A DNA stretch of 64,000 nt, taken from NCBI GenBank assembly GCA_963749495.1, contig CAVVMW010000018.1:192001-256000 (forward strand). Direction: 5' to 3'. Of this stretch, positions 31,647 to 42,696 are shown in pieces. The DNA is from an uncultured bacterium (GTDB taxonomy: Bacteria; Verrucomicrobiota; Verrucomicrobiia; Limisphaerales; UBA8199). The translations under genes and the position numbers were made by a program. Numbering within the stretch: the first letter of the stretch is position 1; each line of letters starts with the position of its first letter. The notes beneath the pieces are model-generated. The model did no database searches and had not been told where the DNA came from. It saw nothing but the letters and a program-made list of their open reading frames with translations.

Positions 31647-32747
31647 ATGGACCTGCATCCAGCTCACCGCGTAGCGGTGCCCGATGGTAGCCGTGGACTT
31701 CCAGTCCACGGACCCATGGGCCAAGCCCGAATGCGTCGCGTAGCAACGCCTGAAACCCGCGACGGCTTCAAGCGTCGCTACGCGACGCGGACCTGTTTCG
31801 ACGCCGCAAACCGTGGACCGAGGTCCACGGCTACCTTCACTGCGTCGCTCCGCGACGCGCGCGAGCGGGGCCTTGCCCCAGGCTACTATAAGGCATTCAC
31901 TCTCATCGAACTGCTGGTGGTTATTGCCGTGATCGCCATTCTGGCCGCGCTGCTCTTGCCGGCGCTGAGCCGGGCCAGGGCGGCGGCGGACTCAGCGGGT
32001 TGCCGGAGCAACCTGCGCCAATGGGCCCTGGCCCTGCACATGTACGTCCAGGATAATAAGGTCTATCCAGTGTGCGGAGTGATGGCCACGGACGGAACGT
32101 GGGTGGAGAGCCCATACGTGCAGTGGTATGACCACCTGGCCAAGTATCTCGGAAGCGATTGGCCGAAGTCGGACGGATATCGCTATGAGCCAAACTCACA
32201 AAGCGGCGTTGGCGTGTGCCCAGGATACGCTCGCCTCCCGGGCGGGTTTAATCTCACCTGCGGCAGTTACGGGTACAATCCTCGAGGGACCGACCCTTTC
32301 AACCCGGATGGAGGGCAGGGCTTCATTGGGGGTGGTGACATTGACCCAATAGACTGGACGACCCTTACTTCGACCACTTACGTGAAGGGGGACCAAGTGG
32401 TGAGTCCGAGCCAGATGACCGCCATAGGGGATGGCCTTCTCGCAGTTTGCGACCCGAGTGGGTTCCCGTTTTTCCCGCTAGGGGAGAAGGTCTTTGGGGC
32501 AGGAGACCTGACCCCTCTTGATTTCGCCATGGCTGTCGAATCCGGCAGAAAACCGCCGGGTGGCGGCACCTACACGGCGGAGAGGATGGCCACCAGGCGG
32601 CGGCACGGTGGCCGGTTCAATATCGCCTTCTGCGACGCCCATGTCGAGAACCTCAAGCCGGCAGCCCTGTTCGACGTGCGGCAGGACCAGATTTGCAAAC
32701 GCTGGAACAGGGACAATTTGCCCCACCGCGACGGTCTGCCGTGGTAA
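31647..32747 (+). CDS. prepilin-type N-terminal cleavage / H-X9-DG domain protein
   Basis: [48 protein letters not shown]; start uncertain. Confidence 0.9.
   Translation: MDLHPAHRVAVPDGSRGLPVHGPMGQARMRRVATPETRDGFKRRYATRTCFDAANRGPRSTATFTASLRDARERGLAPGYYKAFTLIELLVVIAVIAILAALLLPALSRARAAADSAGCRSNLRQWALALHMYVQDNKVYPVCGVMATDGTWVESPYVQWYDHLAKYLGSDWPKSDGYRYEPNSQSGVGVCPGYARLPGGFNLTCGSYGYNPRGTDPFNPDGGQGFIGGGDIDPIDWTTLTSTTYVKGDQVVSPSQMTAIGDGLLAVCDPSGFPFFPLGEKVFGAGDLTPLDFAMAVESGRKPPGGGTYTAERMATRRRHGGRFNIAFCDAHVENLKPAALFDVRQDQICKRWNRDNLPHRDGLPW
31668..31858. repeat. REP-like palindrome (GTAGCCGTGGAC...GTCCACGGCTAC)
   Basis: Nested inverted repeats in the 5' part of the prepilin ORF. Confidence 0.75.
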
Positions 32748-32752
32748 CCCTT

Positions 32753-34789
32753 ATGAAACGACACAACTTGCTGATTGGATTGGCGGCCATCACCGGGTCT
32801 CTGACCCTTTGGGCGGCCGATTCGCTCGACCAGTGGCAATGGCGCAGTCCTTTGCCCTACCACGGTTATGTTCTCAGTCGGGTTATTTATGCCAACGGCT
32901 CTTTCCTGGCCGTGGGCGAGGACGGAGTGACCCTCAGTTCGGCCGATGGGACCAACTGGACGTTCAATCGCGTCACTCCGCCGGACAGCTTTTCCGATGT
33001 GGTTTATGGCCGCGGCCTTTACGTCGCTGTGGGCTACCGCAGCGCGCCGGACCAAGCCCGCGATCGTCCTGTTATCCTGACGTCAACCGACGGGTTGAGC
33101 TGGGCAGCGCAGGACATCCCTGATCCTCTTTTGATCCTGCTCACCACCGTCACTTACGGCGATGGTCTTTTCGTGGCTGTGGGCACGGGAACTGACCCGT
33201 TTCTGCAGAGCTACGGCGCTATCCTGACTTCTGCGGACGGCCTCCACTGGAGCAGCCAACACTCGGCCGTTGGCTCGTTGTTGTGGGGCGTGGCCTACGG
33301 GAATGGGACCTATGTAGCCGTGGGGGATCAGGGAGAGGTGTTGACCTCCCCGGACGGAGTGTCCTGGAGTTCCTGGGTGAGCATGAACCCCTATGGTATG
33401 CTGTTGCCCGATCACTTCCAGGGGATCAGCTATATCAACGGCACCTTCATCGCGCTGACAGAACCTGGGATGCTGATCTCGACCGATGGGAGATCCTGGG
33501 AGCACCAACATGGGTTTCCGTCCGTGGGCGAGGCCGCGCTCCATGTTGCCTATGGCAACGGCAGGTTCGTAGCGACCGGCGTGGGGATGATCGGAGTCTC
33601 GACCAGCCTGACAAATTGGAGCATGCAAAGCCTGGGGGCTGGGACCATTTTCAGGGGGATCGCCTTTGGCAACGGGATGTTTGTGACCGTGGCGCCCTCA
33701 ACATTGCTTGGGTCGACCAACGGTGCCCAGTGGACCCGCCTGCTGGGCCCGGAGATCATCAGTTGGTTCACAGCTGTGGTCTATGGCAACGGCCTGTTCC
33801 TGGCCATTGGCGAAGACGGGACCACCCTACGCTCCCAGGACGGGGTGCAATGGACCCAGGGCGTTTGCCCAATCACCCCTGGTGATGACCCCTATCCGGG
33901 ACTGACCTTCGGGCAAGGACTGTTTGTGGCGGTGGGGGACCGGGGAACCATTGCGGCGTCGCCGGACGGCGTGCAGTGGAGCCTGTGCCGTTCCGGCGTA
34001 TCCGCTCGACTCTACGGGGCAACCTATGCCACCGGGCTATTTGTGGTTGGCGGCGATGGTGGCACCCTGCTCACTTCCGGGGATGGCACTAATTGGACAC
34101 CGCGCACAACGGGCGTGAACACCACGCTCTGGGACCTGGCTTACGGCAACGGCACCTGTCTGGTTCTCTGCATCGACGGCACCTTGCTGACCTCGACGAA
34201 CCTCGCCGACTGGAGCAACCTGGGCAATCCGACTTCCCCGACGAACCCCGTACAGAGCGTTGCTTTCGGGAACGCCACGTTCGTCGCGGTGACGCGAAAC
34301 GCCTTCCTGCACTCGACCAATGGAGTGGACTGGAGCGCGGCCCGCTCGGGAACCGAACAGTTGGTCACGCCTGTGCGCGTTCGTTTCCAAGGTGGGACAT
34401 TTGTGGCCGTCGGCGCTGGCGGGGGCATCTTGAGTTCGATGGACGGCATAAACTGGGTCAGCCACAGTTCCGGCACGCAGCGGGCGCTCCACGGTTTAGC
34501 CTACGGGGCGGGCACGTATGTGGTGGTCGGCGAATACGGGGCTGTCCTGCAAAGCGGCGGAGCGCCGCCGTGGAGCCTGCGCCTGGGGCCGGTGGCCAGC
34601 CTGGCAAACGGGGCCTGCGCCGTGACCATCCAGGGAGAGGCGGGGCACAACTGGGAGTTGCAAGGCTCAACGAACTTCGTGAACTGGGTGCCGCTGACAA
34701 GCCTTTTCAGCACAAACACGAGCTTCCAATTCATCAATTGCGACGCCACGAATTACAATCACCGCTTCTACCGCGCGCGCGGTTGGTGA
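32753..34789 (+). CDS. secreted beta-propeller repeat protein
   Basis: Signal peptide; many YGNGxFVAVG...TSxDGxxW repeats; C-terminal STNFVNW...FYRAR. Confidence 0.85.
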   Translation: MKRHNLLIGLAAITGSLTLWAADSLDQWQWRSPLPYHGYVLSRVIYANGSFLAVGEDGVTLSSADGTNWTFNRVTPPDSFSDVVYGRGLYVAVGYRSAPDQARDRPVILTSTDGLSWAAQDIPDPLLILLTTVTYGDGLFVAVGTGTDPFLQSYGAILTSADGLHWSSQHSAVGSLLWGVAYGNGTYVAVGDQGEVLTSPDGVSWSSWVSMNPYGMLLPDHFQGISYINGTFIALTEPGMLISTDGRSWEHQHGFPSVGEAALHVAYGNGRFVATGVGMIGVSTSLTNWSMQSLGAGTIFRGIAFGNGMFVTVAPSTLLGSTNGAQWTRLLGPEIISWFTAVVYGNGLFLAIGEDGTTLRSQDGVQWTQGVCPITPGDDPYPGLTFGQGLFVAVGDRGTIAASPDGVQWSLCRSGVSARLYGATYATGLFVVGGDGGTLLTSGDGTNWTPRTTGVNTTLWDLAYGNGTCLVLCIDGTLLTSTNLADWSNLGNPTSPTNPVQSVAFGNATFVAVTRNAFLHSTNGVDWSAARSGTEQLVTPVRVRFQGGTFVAVGAGGGILSSMDGINWVSHSSGTQRALHGLAYGAGTYVVVGEYGAVLQSGGAPPWSLRLGPVASLANGACAVTIQGEAGHNWELQGSTNFVNWVPLTSLFSTNTSFQFINCDATNYNHRFYRARGW

Positions 34790-34965
34790 GTGTGCATGGC
34801 GGCGGATCCGGGTCTTCAATCCTTCGTTTCCTTCGTTTCCTTCTGTTCCTTTCCAGCATCCCGCCGGCTGGGCACAGAAACAGAACAGAAGGAAACCAAG
34901 GAAACGAAGATGCGGCCTGATGCGGCGGCATCCATCGGGGCCGTGCCAGTTTGTAGCTGGAGTGC

Positions 34966-37869
34966 TCACCTCGGCGTGAGGAGCAGGTAATCGAGGAGGT
35001 CGGCCATGTCCTGCGGTGAGAGGCCGGCCTCGAGGCCGTCGGGCATGAGCGACCAGGAACGGGTCTCGACAGATGCGAGGTCGGCCAGGAGCCAGGCCGT
35101 CGGACCGAGGTTGACCAGGTTGAACGTAACCGTGGTGGCGTTCTCCGAGGTCTTGGTGCCCAGCAGGCTCTCGCCTTCCTTGGTCTCGGCCACGCAAGTC
35201 TCATAGCCGGGCGCCAGGTCCCGGCTCGGGTCGAGGATGGCGTCGAGGATGGCCTCCCGTCCCTGGGTCTTGGTGGCCGCCAGGTCGGGGCCGAATGCCC
35301 GCCCTTCACCCCCGAGGCGGTGGCAGGCGGCGCAACGCGCCAGGAAAAGGTCATGGCCGTGGCTGGCAACGCCGCCGAGCGTGAGCGCCGGCTCGAATTG
35401 CTGGAGCAGGGCCGGGCGCGCGCGCGGGACCGGGCCGAGGCGCCGGAGGGCGCGCTGGCTGATGGCTGGGTCGCGATGGGTGCGCAAGAGGTTGAGGAGG
35501 GCCTCGGGGACAGCGCCAGGGTTGATCTGGCCGTGCTCGATGGCGGCGAGCAGGGTCTGGGCGCGGTCGGTGCGGGCCATCAGCGCCATCAGCGCCTCGT
35601 TGCGCAACGGCAGGGCCAACGTCCGCCCGGCCCAGAGCAGGGCGGGCGCGACGGCCGGGTCGTTCCACCGCCCCAGCGCGGCGAGCACCGCCGATTCCAG
35701 CGCGTAGGGTTCGACCGGGGAGAGCAGCACCCGCAGCCAATCGGTGGACGGCGCATAGTCCTGCGGGTTGACGCCCAGGAGGCGGACCGCCTGGACGCGC
35801 AATGGCAACGGGAGGCCCTCGGTGAGGGCCGTGTTCAAGGCGACATCGAAAAAGCGCTGGAGCCGCTTTGCTCTATCCGCCAGCGCCAGCGAGCTGCCGG
35901 TGCGGTGCAGGCCCTCCCCAAGGGCAACCAGCAGACCGTATGGGGGCGTCGCAGACGGCGGCGTCTGATTGGCCAAGCTAATGACCTGCGTGACCTCCGT
36001 CATCCGGCCGCGCAGACCAATCATGGTGGCCAAGTCCGCCATAAACTGCTGGCCCGGGGCATCCAGAAAACGGCTGTCCCCTGCCAGGTGCGCAAGGAAA
36101 AGACCTGCGCCTTCGCCCATCGAGCTGAGCGCCGCCGCGCGCATCCACGGGTTGTCCGGGTCGCGCGCGAGCAGGTCCGCCAGCACCACGCCCCGGCCCG
36201 GCACGGCGCAGGCGCCAAGGCTCAAGGCCAGTTGGTAACGCACGCGGATCGAGGGGTCGGCCGCCAGGGCGCGCAGCCGCTGCCAAAGCGGAGCCGACAG
36301 ACCGCCGGAGGCGGCCACAGGCTCGGCCAGCCGCACCGCGCGTTCGCGCACCCGTTCATCGTCATCCTTGAGGGCGCGGAGCAGGTGCGGTTCCCAGAGT
36401 GCTCCCAGCCCGGCCAGCGCCTGCAGGGCCCGCAGCCGCGCCAGTGGAAACCTCGAATAGCTGAGCAAGTTGCTCAGCGCGCCCGTGGCCGAGAGGTCCT
36501 GCCGTTCATACAAGAGCCGCGCGGCCGTGTCGGCGTGCCAGGCATTGGCCTGGGCCAGCAGCAGGGCGAGGTCGGGGGTCTTGACCCGGTCCAGCCGCGG
36601 CACGGCGGGCCGTTTGAAGCCCTCCGGCACGATGCGATAGATCCGCCCGTGGTCAGGCCCGGAGCGCATGTCCGCCACGTAGAGCGCCCCATCGGGGCCG
36701 TTGACCAGGTCCATCGGCCTGAAGGCATCGTCCCTGGAGACCAGGAACTCGTCCCGCCGCTCGTCCGCCGCGCGCTCGGCCACACTCTCCAGCCCCTGGT
36801 CGCGCAGGACGAACCGATGGATGATATGGGCCTGCGGGTCGGCCACGAAGACATTGTCAAAGTAATTCGTCCCAAAGGCGGAGCCGCGATAGACCACGCA
36901 ACCGCCAGAGGCCGTCAGCCAGCCCGCCGCCAGGCCGCCGGTGGGCGGGGACTGGGTCTTTGCCGGCGCGATGGCCCGCTGGCGGGACTTCGGGGCCTCG
37001 GCTCCGGGAAAGAGGCGATAGACGGCCGTGGCCGGGGCAGCGGCGTCCACCAACTCCGGCGGCGCGGCAAAGAACGGGTTGCGCGCCAGGTAGCGGGGCT
37101 CCCACATCGCCATGCGCAGGGGATGGTTGGTGCTGCAGAGGAATTTCCGGCCCCGGCTGTCGAAGCTCGAACCCGTTTGGGCCGGGCCCGCATCGGGCCC
37201 CATCGCCAGCGTGCGCGGGTCGAAGGCAATGTCATTGTTGCCCAGCGGCAGCGACGGCATCTCAGCGGTGCTGAGCACGCTGGCGAGGCCGCCCAGGCCG
37301 GCTGTCCCGCAATGAAAGGAGTTGTCCGGGCCCCAGTTGAGGCTGTTGAGCAGCGCCTGGGGGTTGGGCAGATACGGCCTGCCGCCGAACCCGGTGAAGA
37401 CCACTTTGACGAGGTCGGCGATGCCGTCGCCCCGGCTGTCCCTGAGATAGAGGATCTGCGGGGTAGCCGCCACGAAGACGCCGCCGCCGTAACAGGCCAC
37501 GGCCGAGGGCCACGCCAGGTCGTCTGCATAGATGGCGCTGGTCTGATAGGCCCCTTCTTCATCCATGTCCTCCAGCAGGCGGACCCGGCCCAGGTGCGGG
37601 CTCTGCCCGCGCCGGTCGGGGTAGTCCCGCATCTCCGCCACGAACAACCGCCCCCGCTCATCGAATGCCAGCGCCGCCGGGGCCGCCACCAGCGGCTCCG
37701 CCGCAACCAACTCGACGCGGAAGCCCTTCTTGACTTGAAACCCGGAGAGCGCATCGGCCGTTTGCGCCGCCGAAATCCGGGGCAGGGCCTTGGCGGCCTT
37801 TTTCGCCTCGGCCCCCCAGGCCGGGCACGCCAATAGGAGGCACAACGCGGTTCCGGCGGATCGGCGCAC
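34966..37869 (-). CDS. PVC-type heme-binding CxxCH protein (membrane-bound dehydrogenase-like)
   Basis: ELVAAEPLV, FDERGRLFVAEM, GPDGALYVADM, HEAT repeats, CAACH, SLMPDGLE. Confidence 0.9.
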   Translation of the reverse strand: MRRSAGTALCLLLACPAWGAEAKKAAKALPRISAAQTADALSGFQVKKGFRVELVAAEPLVAAPAALAFDERGRLFVAEMRDYPDRRGQSPHLGRVRLLEDMDEEGAYQTSAIYADDLAWPSAVACYGGGVFVAATPQILYLRDSRGDGIADLVKVVFTGFGGRPYLPNPQALLNSLNWGPDNSFHCGTAGLGGLASVLSTAEMPSLPLGNNDIAFDPRTLAMGPDAGPAQTGSSFDSRGRKFLCSTNHPLRMAMWEPRYLARNPFFAAPPELVDAAAPATAVYRLFPGAEAPKSRQRAIAPAKTQSPPTGGLAAGWLTASGGCVVYRGSAFGTNYFDNVFVADPQAHIIHRFVLRDQGLESVAERAADERRDEFLVSRDDAFRPMDLVNGPDGALYVADMRSGPDHGRIYRIVPEGFKRPAVPRLDRVKTPDLALLLAQANAWHADTAARLLYERQDLSATGALSNLLSYSRFPLARLRALQALAGLGALWEPHLLRALKDDDERVRERAVRLAEPVAASGGLSAPLWQRLRALAADPSIRVRYQLALSLGACAVPGRGVVLADLLARDPDNPWMRAAALSSMGEGAGLFLAHLAGDSRFLDAPGQQFMADLATMIGLRGRMTEVTQVISLANQTPPSATPPYGLLVALGEGLHRTGSSLALADRAKRLQRFFDVALNTALTEGLPLPLRVQAVRLLGVNPQDYAPSTDWLRVLLSPVEPYALESAVLAALGRWNDPAVAPALLWAGRTLALPLRNEALMALMARTDRAQTLLAAIEHGQINPGAVPEALLNLLRTHRDPAISQRALRRLGPVPRARPALLQQFEPALTLGGVASHGHDLFLARCAACHRLGGEGRAFGPDLAATKTQGREAILDAILDPSRDLAPGYETCVAETKEGESLLGTKTSENATTVTFNLVNLGPTAWLLADLASVETRSWSLMPDGLEAGLSPQDMADLLDYLLLTPR

Positions 37870-38222
37870 TGCCCTCCGGAACGCCGGCTTTCAGCCGGCA
37901 GCCTCCTGGGATTTCCAGACCGCTGCCGCATAAATGCGGCGTTCCGGGGGCGGTGTCCGGATGCGCCCACGCGGTTCCGGCAGCCCAGTCGCCTCTGGTC
38001 ATTCGCTTCACACTGGCAATATGTCGGACGGCCCTGCGGGTCGCAATCCCGTTCGAGCCCGGGCCATACAGCGCGGCGCGGGGAGGTGAGACAGAATTCT
38101 TATTTTGTGAAGATTTCCGTCCTACACTCGCCGCGCGGCCTTCTCGAGCTTTTGGCTTTGCCCTCCCGTTGGATCCCTGGCACCTTGTGCCTGATGTGAG
38201 CAAACCCCGAACCAGAGATTTT

Positions 38223-39293
38223 ATGGCTGCAAAACCCGAACCCGCGAAACCGATTTCCGAAAAGAGCACAAAGCAGGAGATGCTCGAGGCCTATCAGGCC
38301 CTGGCCCGGCAACTCGAAGAAAAACGCGCCGCCGAACTCGCCCCGGAACGGCGGACCGAGGAGAAGCGAGCTGAAGAGGCGGTCCGGGTCGCAACCACGG
38401 TCGAGCCAGAGGGCATCGACAGCGAAATTGGCCGGCTCAAGTCCGAGGTCGGCAAGTTCCTGGCCGGCATCGCGGACCGGCTGGGCTCCGAATCCGGCAG
38501 GTTCCGCAACGTTCAACAGGCGGTCGAGAGCAAAGAGCGCAACCTCAAGGAACTCTATGGCATCGAAAAGGCCGCCGTGAGCCTGGCGGCCCTCATCGAG
38601 GCCCAGAATCAGAAGCGGGAGGAGTTCGAGACCGAGATGGCCCGCCGACGGGAAGAGTTGCAGAGCGAAATCACCTTCCTGCGCGCCGAATGGGAGAAGG
38701 AGAAGAAGGCACACGAGGCGGAACTCAAGGAGCGCGACGGCTCCGAAAAGAAGGCCCGCGAGCGCGAGCGCGAGGAATTCAACTACGTCTTCAAGCGCGA
38801 CCAGCAGGCCATCAAAGACAAACTCAACGATGAGATGGCCGCGCTCCAGAAGGAGATCAAGCTCAAGCGAGAGGCGGCCGAAAAAGACTTGGCCGAGCGT
38901 GAGAAGGGGATAGGCGAAAAGGAGCGCGAACTCGGCGAGTTGCGGGCCAGGGCCGCGGCTTTCCCCAAGGAGCTCGAAACCGCCCTCAATCAGGCCGTCA
39001 AGGAAACGACCGACCGGCTCAAGCTCGAGGCCAAGAACCGGGAGGATCTCCTGCGCAAGGAATTCGAGGGCGAGCGCAACGTGCTGGCCGCCCGGAACGA
39101 GTCGTTCGAGCGGACCAACAAGGACCTCCTGAGCGCCAACACCAAGCTCGCCCAGCAACTCGAAGCCGCCTACCAGAAGGTCCAGGTCATCGCCGAGAAG
39201 ACCGTCGAGGGCAGCTCCCAGTCCCGGTCCCTGGCCGATTTGCAGAAACTGCTCATCGAACAGGGCCGCAAAGGCGGCTCCGACAAGCCGTAG
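38223..39293 (+). CDS. coiled-coil hypothetical protein
   Basis: E/K/R-rich heptads; TKQEMLEAY, LKELYGIE. Confidence 0.85.
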   Translation: MAAKPEPAKPISEKSTKQEMLEAYQALARQLEEKRAAELAPERRTEEKRAEEAVRVATTVEPEGIDSEIGRLKSEVGKFLAGIADRLGSESGRFRNVQQAVESKERNLKELYGIEKAAVSLAALIEAQNQKREEFETEMARRREELQSEITFLRAEWEKEKKAHEAELKERDGSEKKAREREREEFNYVFKRDQQAIKDKLNDEMAALQKEIKLKREAAEKDLAEREKGIGEKERELGELRARAAAFPKELETALNQAVKETTDRLKLEAKNREDLLRKEFEGERNVLAARNESFERTNKDLLSANTKLAQQLEAAYQKVQVIAEKTVEGSSQSRSLADLQKLLIEQGRKGGSDKP

Positions 39294-39354
39294 CGGGGGG
39301 CAATGGCCGCGCGGGTACGGCCTCAGTGAAGGCGCGGGCAGCACTGCGCTCGGA

Positions 39355-39530
39355 CCCCTCACCCCAGCCCTCTCCCCACCCGCTGCGACGGCGCGGCAGC
39401 GCGGCGAGTCGGATGGGGAGAGGGAGAATTCTCCGTTGCGGCTGGAGGAACCCGAGGCCCCCGGAGGTTCGAGAGACTGCCGACGCTTCGCCCTCTCCCC
39501 TTCAGAAGGGGAGAGGGTTGGGGTGAGGGG
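39355..39530. repeat. REP-like palindrome, family A, with extra sequence in one loop
   Basis: Same arms; about 30 nt extra near 39379-39409. Confidence 0.8.
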
Positions 39531-39655
39531 TCCGCCCGGCACTCCGTCTCCGCCATCACCGACTACCCGCGAGGCCCTGCTGTGCTGGACAGCCTGTGTC
39601 CTGGGGCAAAGACCCCATAGCGGAGGGGGCGCCGGAGTGGGATTAGGTTTACTTC

Positions 39656-39928
39656 ATGATGTCATTATTCACGCAAATAGACCAGTCCCGCGCCGCTCAT
39701 CCCCTCCCCTCCGTCCCGCAGCGGCGCTCTCTGCGCACCTTTGTTGCCTGCCTCCTCGGGGCGGTCCTGGTGTCCGCCCTGGCCGGGTGCCAGTCCGCCA
39801 GAACGGAGCCCGCCTCGACGGGCGGCCAGGGCGGGGGGATGACGGCCCCCGGCGACGAGTCCTCCGGCCACGGGCAATCCGGGAGCCAGGATTACCAGGC
39901 CGTGCTGTCTGACCCGGGACCGTTTTAG
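39656..39928 (+). CDS. small putative lipoprotein
   Basis: Hydrophobic stretch ending in LAGC lipobox. Confidence 0.45.
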   Translation: MMSLFTQIDQSRAAHPLPSVPQRRSLRTFVACLLGAVLVSALAGCQSARTEPASTGGQGGGMTAPGDESSGHGQSGSQDYQAVLSDPGPF

Positions 39929-40034
39929 AGCCGGTGGCAAAATTAACCGCAAAGAACGCAGAGATCACAAAGAAACGCCTCAATTTCCTCGGCTTTTGCG
40001 TTCTTTGTGCGGTTAATAATTCTGCAGCCTGCTC

Positions 40035-40541
40035 TTAGAACTCGAGCTTCTCGCCTTTTGGCATGAGGCTCATGAGGTATTCGACGAGGTCGTTGAGTTC
40101 GCCTTCGGCGATCTTGCCGCGCCAGGGGGGCATGTAGAGGGGGGGCGGGGGTTTGCGCGCGTCCATGGCGACGATTTCCCGCTGGCCGTCGAGGATGCGC
40201 TTGCGGAGTTCGTCCTTGGTGTAGCCTTCGGAGACGAATTTGAGGCCGGGGACTTGCTGGGCGGTCTTGGCGTTGGGGTTGGGGATGCCGCCTTGGGCCT
40301 CCAGGCCATGGCACCCGGCGCAACCGAACTTCTTGTACACGGCCTGGCCGCGCTCGACCGGGGTCATCATGGCGGGAGTCTTGAGGAAGCCGACGAGGTT
40401 GGTATCGGACAATGAAAGCAGGAATTGGGTCAGGGCGCGGATTTCCTGCTCGGCAAGGAAAAGCTGGGGCATGACGGTGCCCGGAGAGACGGCCTGCGGG
40501 TTCTTGAAATGGGTGATGAGCCATTGGGTGTCGTGGCGCTT
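40035..40541 (-). pseudogene. c-type cytochrome, 5'-truncated
   Basis: HFKNPQAVSPGTVMP (distal half of one heme domain without its CxxCH), then an intact CAGCH domain. Confidence 0.75.
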
Positions 40542-40619
40542 GATATGAGGAAGCTCTGTATGTGTTTCTCTGGCAGCCCTCAAGGGCTGTTACGCGGAAA
40601 CGAGGGGCGATGAACGTCG

Positions 40620-42164
40620 TTAAGGTCTGAGGCTTCTATCACGCAGCGCAGCAAGGGCGGCGGCAACCTCGCGCCCCTTGGATTCGATGACCGCGAGCAA
40701 TTCCTCCGGGGTGCGCATATCTTCGGTGCTCTTACGGTTCGGGTTGACGGCTTTCAGGTCGTAGTTCCGGGCTTCGATTTGCTGGCGCATGACCGTCCAA
40801 CTGCGTTCGCTGTCGGCGCGGTCGGGGAGCAGGCGGAAGAAGTCCTCAAAGTGCTTCAAGGTGAACGGCGTTTTCTTACCGACCTTGATGTCCGACAGGT
40901 CGTAATACCAAATCTTGTCCGTTGGCTTGCCTTTGGTGAAGAAAAGTAGATTGGTTTTCACGCCCGCCCCGGCCGCCGTGAACACGCCGCCCGGCAGGCT
41001 CACGATGCACCAAAGGTCGCAATCGTCCAGCAGCTTGCGCTTGGTTTGGACAAAGGCCGTCTCGTTGGTGCGGAACAAAACGCCTTCATCAAGCACGATG
41101 CCGCAACGCCCATTCGGTGTGAGACTGTCAATGACGTGTTGCAGAAACAGCACTTGCGTCGCGCCGGTCTTGTATGGGAAGCGCGTCTGGGCGTCCTTGC
41201 CTTCCTTGCCGCCAAACGGCGGGTTCATCAGCACCACGTCATAGAGTTGCGGCGCGTCCTGAAACAATCCGCCGTAAGTTTCCGCGCCCGTGAGCGTATT
41301 GCCGTGCCAGATGTGCGGCTCGTCAATGTTGTGCAGCACGAGGTTGGCGAGCGCGATGGGGTAAATCGCGTTGTCCTTCTCCCGTCCGTAGAAGGTCCGC
41401 CGTTTGAGCGTCTCCAACTGGTCGGGCGACGTGATTTTCTCGTTGTTTGGCCCGGCCATGTGCTCGAACGACTGCGCCAGAAATCCACACGTGGCGCAGC
41501 CGGGGTCATAAACCGTCTCGCCAATCTTCGGGTCAACCACCCGGACCATCGCGCGGATGATTTCACGCGGCGTGAAAAACTGTCCGCCGTCATTGCCCTT
41601 CTCGCCCATCTTGAGCAGCAGCCCTTCATACACCTGGGAGAGTGTGAACACATGCGTCGGGTCAACTGTTTTGGCGCTGATTTCGTGAACCTTGTCCAGC
41701 ACGTCCAGAAAGTTCCGCTCCGTGTCAATGCGAGTGTGTTCGACGCCGGAGAAGATTTCGCTGATGACCTTCTGGCGCGGCTTCGCGTTCGGCTGCTCGC
41801 GCAACGTCTTCAGGTGTGGAATCAATTCGCCGTTGACGAAGCTGAAAAACGCGCCGAGCGCGCCATCCTGCAATTCCTGCCGCTTCACGCCTCCAGGCGC
41901 CGCCCAGTCCCCCCAGCGATACGGCGCAACGAGGGACGGCGCGAACTCCGCGTTTACCGCCTCGGCCTCCTCAGCCTCGCGTGTCTCCCGCTCGTCGAGG
42001 ATGCGCAGAAACAGAATCCATGTCAGTTCCGGCACATACTGCAACGCCCCCGCGCAATTCGACCGGCGCATGATGTCGCAGATGGCCTTGACCGCGCCGT
42101 TGACTGATTGCTGCGTGGCGTGGCGTCTGCCGTTTGATGTTTGTTTTACTTTGTCGGCCATCAT
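40620..42164 (-). CDS. hsdM: type I R-M methyltransferase subunit
   Basis: GQFFTPR, YDPGCATCGFL, NPPF. Confidence 0.95.
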   Translation of the reverse strand: MMADKVKQTSNGRRHATQQSVNGAVKAICDIMRRSNCAGALQYVPELTWILFLRILDERETREAEEAEAVNAEFAPSLVAPYRWGDWAAPGGVKRQELQDGALGAFFSFVNGELIPHLKTLREQPNAKPRQKVISEIFSGVEHTRIDTERNFLDVLDKVHEISAKTVDPTHVFTLSQVYEGLLLKMGEKGNDGGQFFTPREIIRAMVRVVDPKIGETVYDPGCATCGFLAQSFEHMAGPNNEKITSPDQLETLKRRTFYGREKDNAIYPIALANLVLHNIDEPHIWHGNTLTGAETYGGLFQDAPQLYDVVLMNPPFGGKEGKDAQTRFPYKTGATQVLFLQHVIDSLTPNGRCGIVLDEGVLFRTNETAFVQTKRKLLDDCDLWCIVSLPGGVFTAAGAGVKTNLLFFTKGKPTDKIWYYDLSDIKVGKKTPFTLKHFEDFFRLLPDRADSERSWTVMRQQIEARNYDLKAVNPNRKSTEDMRTPEELLAVIESKGREVAAALAALRDRSLRP

Positions 42165-42379
42165 GCGGGCTGGGGAATTGTCTCAAACGCGATCCTCACC
42201 GGCTGGGCGGCTTTGCCGGGATAATTCAGACGCTCAAAACCGATGACGCGACCCTTCCGGTCCTTCATCAAGACCACTTCCTCGCCCGTCTCTTCGCAGA
42301 CATATTCCGCCTGCCGACGGCCAAACCACACCGTCAGCGTGCGGCCTGCCGGATCGTAATAAACATTCACTTCGGCCAT
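42161..42379 (-). CDS. DUF2283-like putative antitoxin
   Basis: VYYDPAGRTLTVWF...KDRKGRVIGFE. Confidence 0.8.
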   Translation of the reverse strand: MAEVNVYYDPAGRTLTVWFGRRQAEYVCEETGEEVVLMKDRKGRVIGFERLNYPGKAAQPVRIAFETIPQPA

Positions 42380-42690
42380 ATTCGTTCGCCTTCTTTGATG
42401 GCGTCGGTGGGATACGCCGTGATGAGAAAGCCGGTCCGGCCCGCTTGTTTGCTCACGGCGCAGACCCAACGCCGGTTGCGTCGGCTGCGATAGAAAAGAT
42501 ACACGTTCGCGTCGCTTTTGCTACGCCGAATCTCGTCCGGCGTTTCCAGCGCCGCCCGCACCTCATCCTCGCGTCCAGCCATGGCCGGATGTTTGATCGT
42601 AGTGATGATGGTCCAATAATTCCGGGTGACGCGCACGGTAAAACCGAGCGGTGTGGAGGCTTCAAAGAGGATTTCACGACTCTTGCTCAT
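42367..42690 (-). CDS. DUF4258-like putative toxin (RelE/barnase-like fold)
   Basis: IKHP...PDEIRRSK...LFY...FLITAY; paired with the DUF2283-like gene. Confidence 0.75.
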   Translation of the reverse strand: MSKSREILFEASTPLGFTVRVTRNYWTIITTIKHPAMAGREDEVRAALETPDEIRRSKSDANVYLFYRSRRNRRWVCAVSKQAGRTGFLITAYPTDAIKEGERIWPK

Positions 42691-42696
42691 GCCTTT

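Noticed and set aside
35320..37836. 838-aa plus-strand ORF and similar long antisense ORFs (24827-26593, 38100-39542, most of 19397-20869)
   Set aside because: GC-rich shadows of well-supported genes on the other strand
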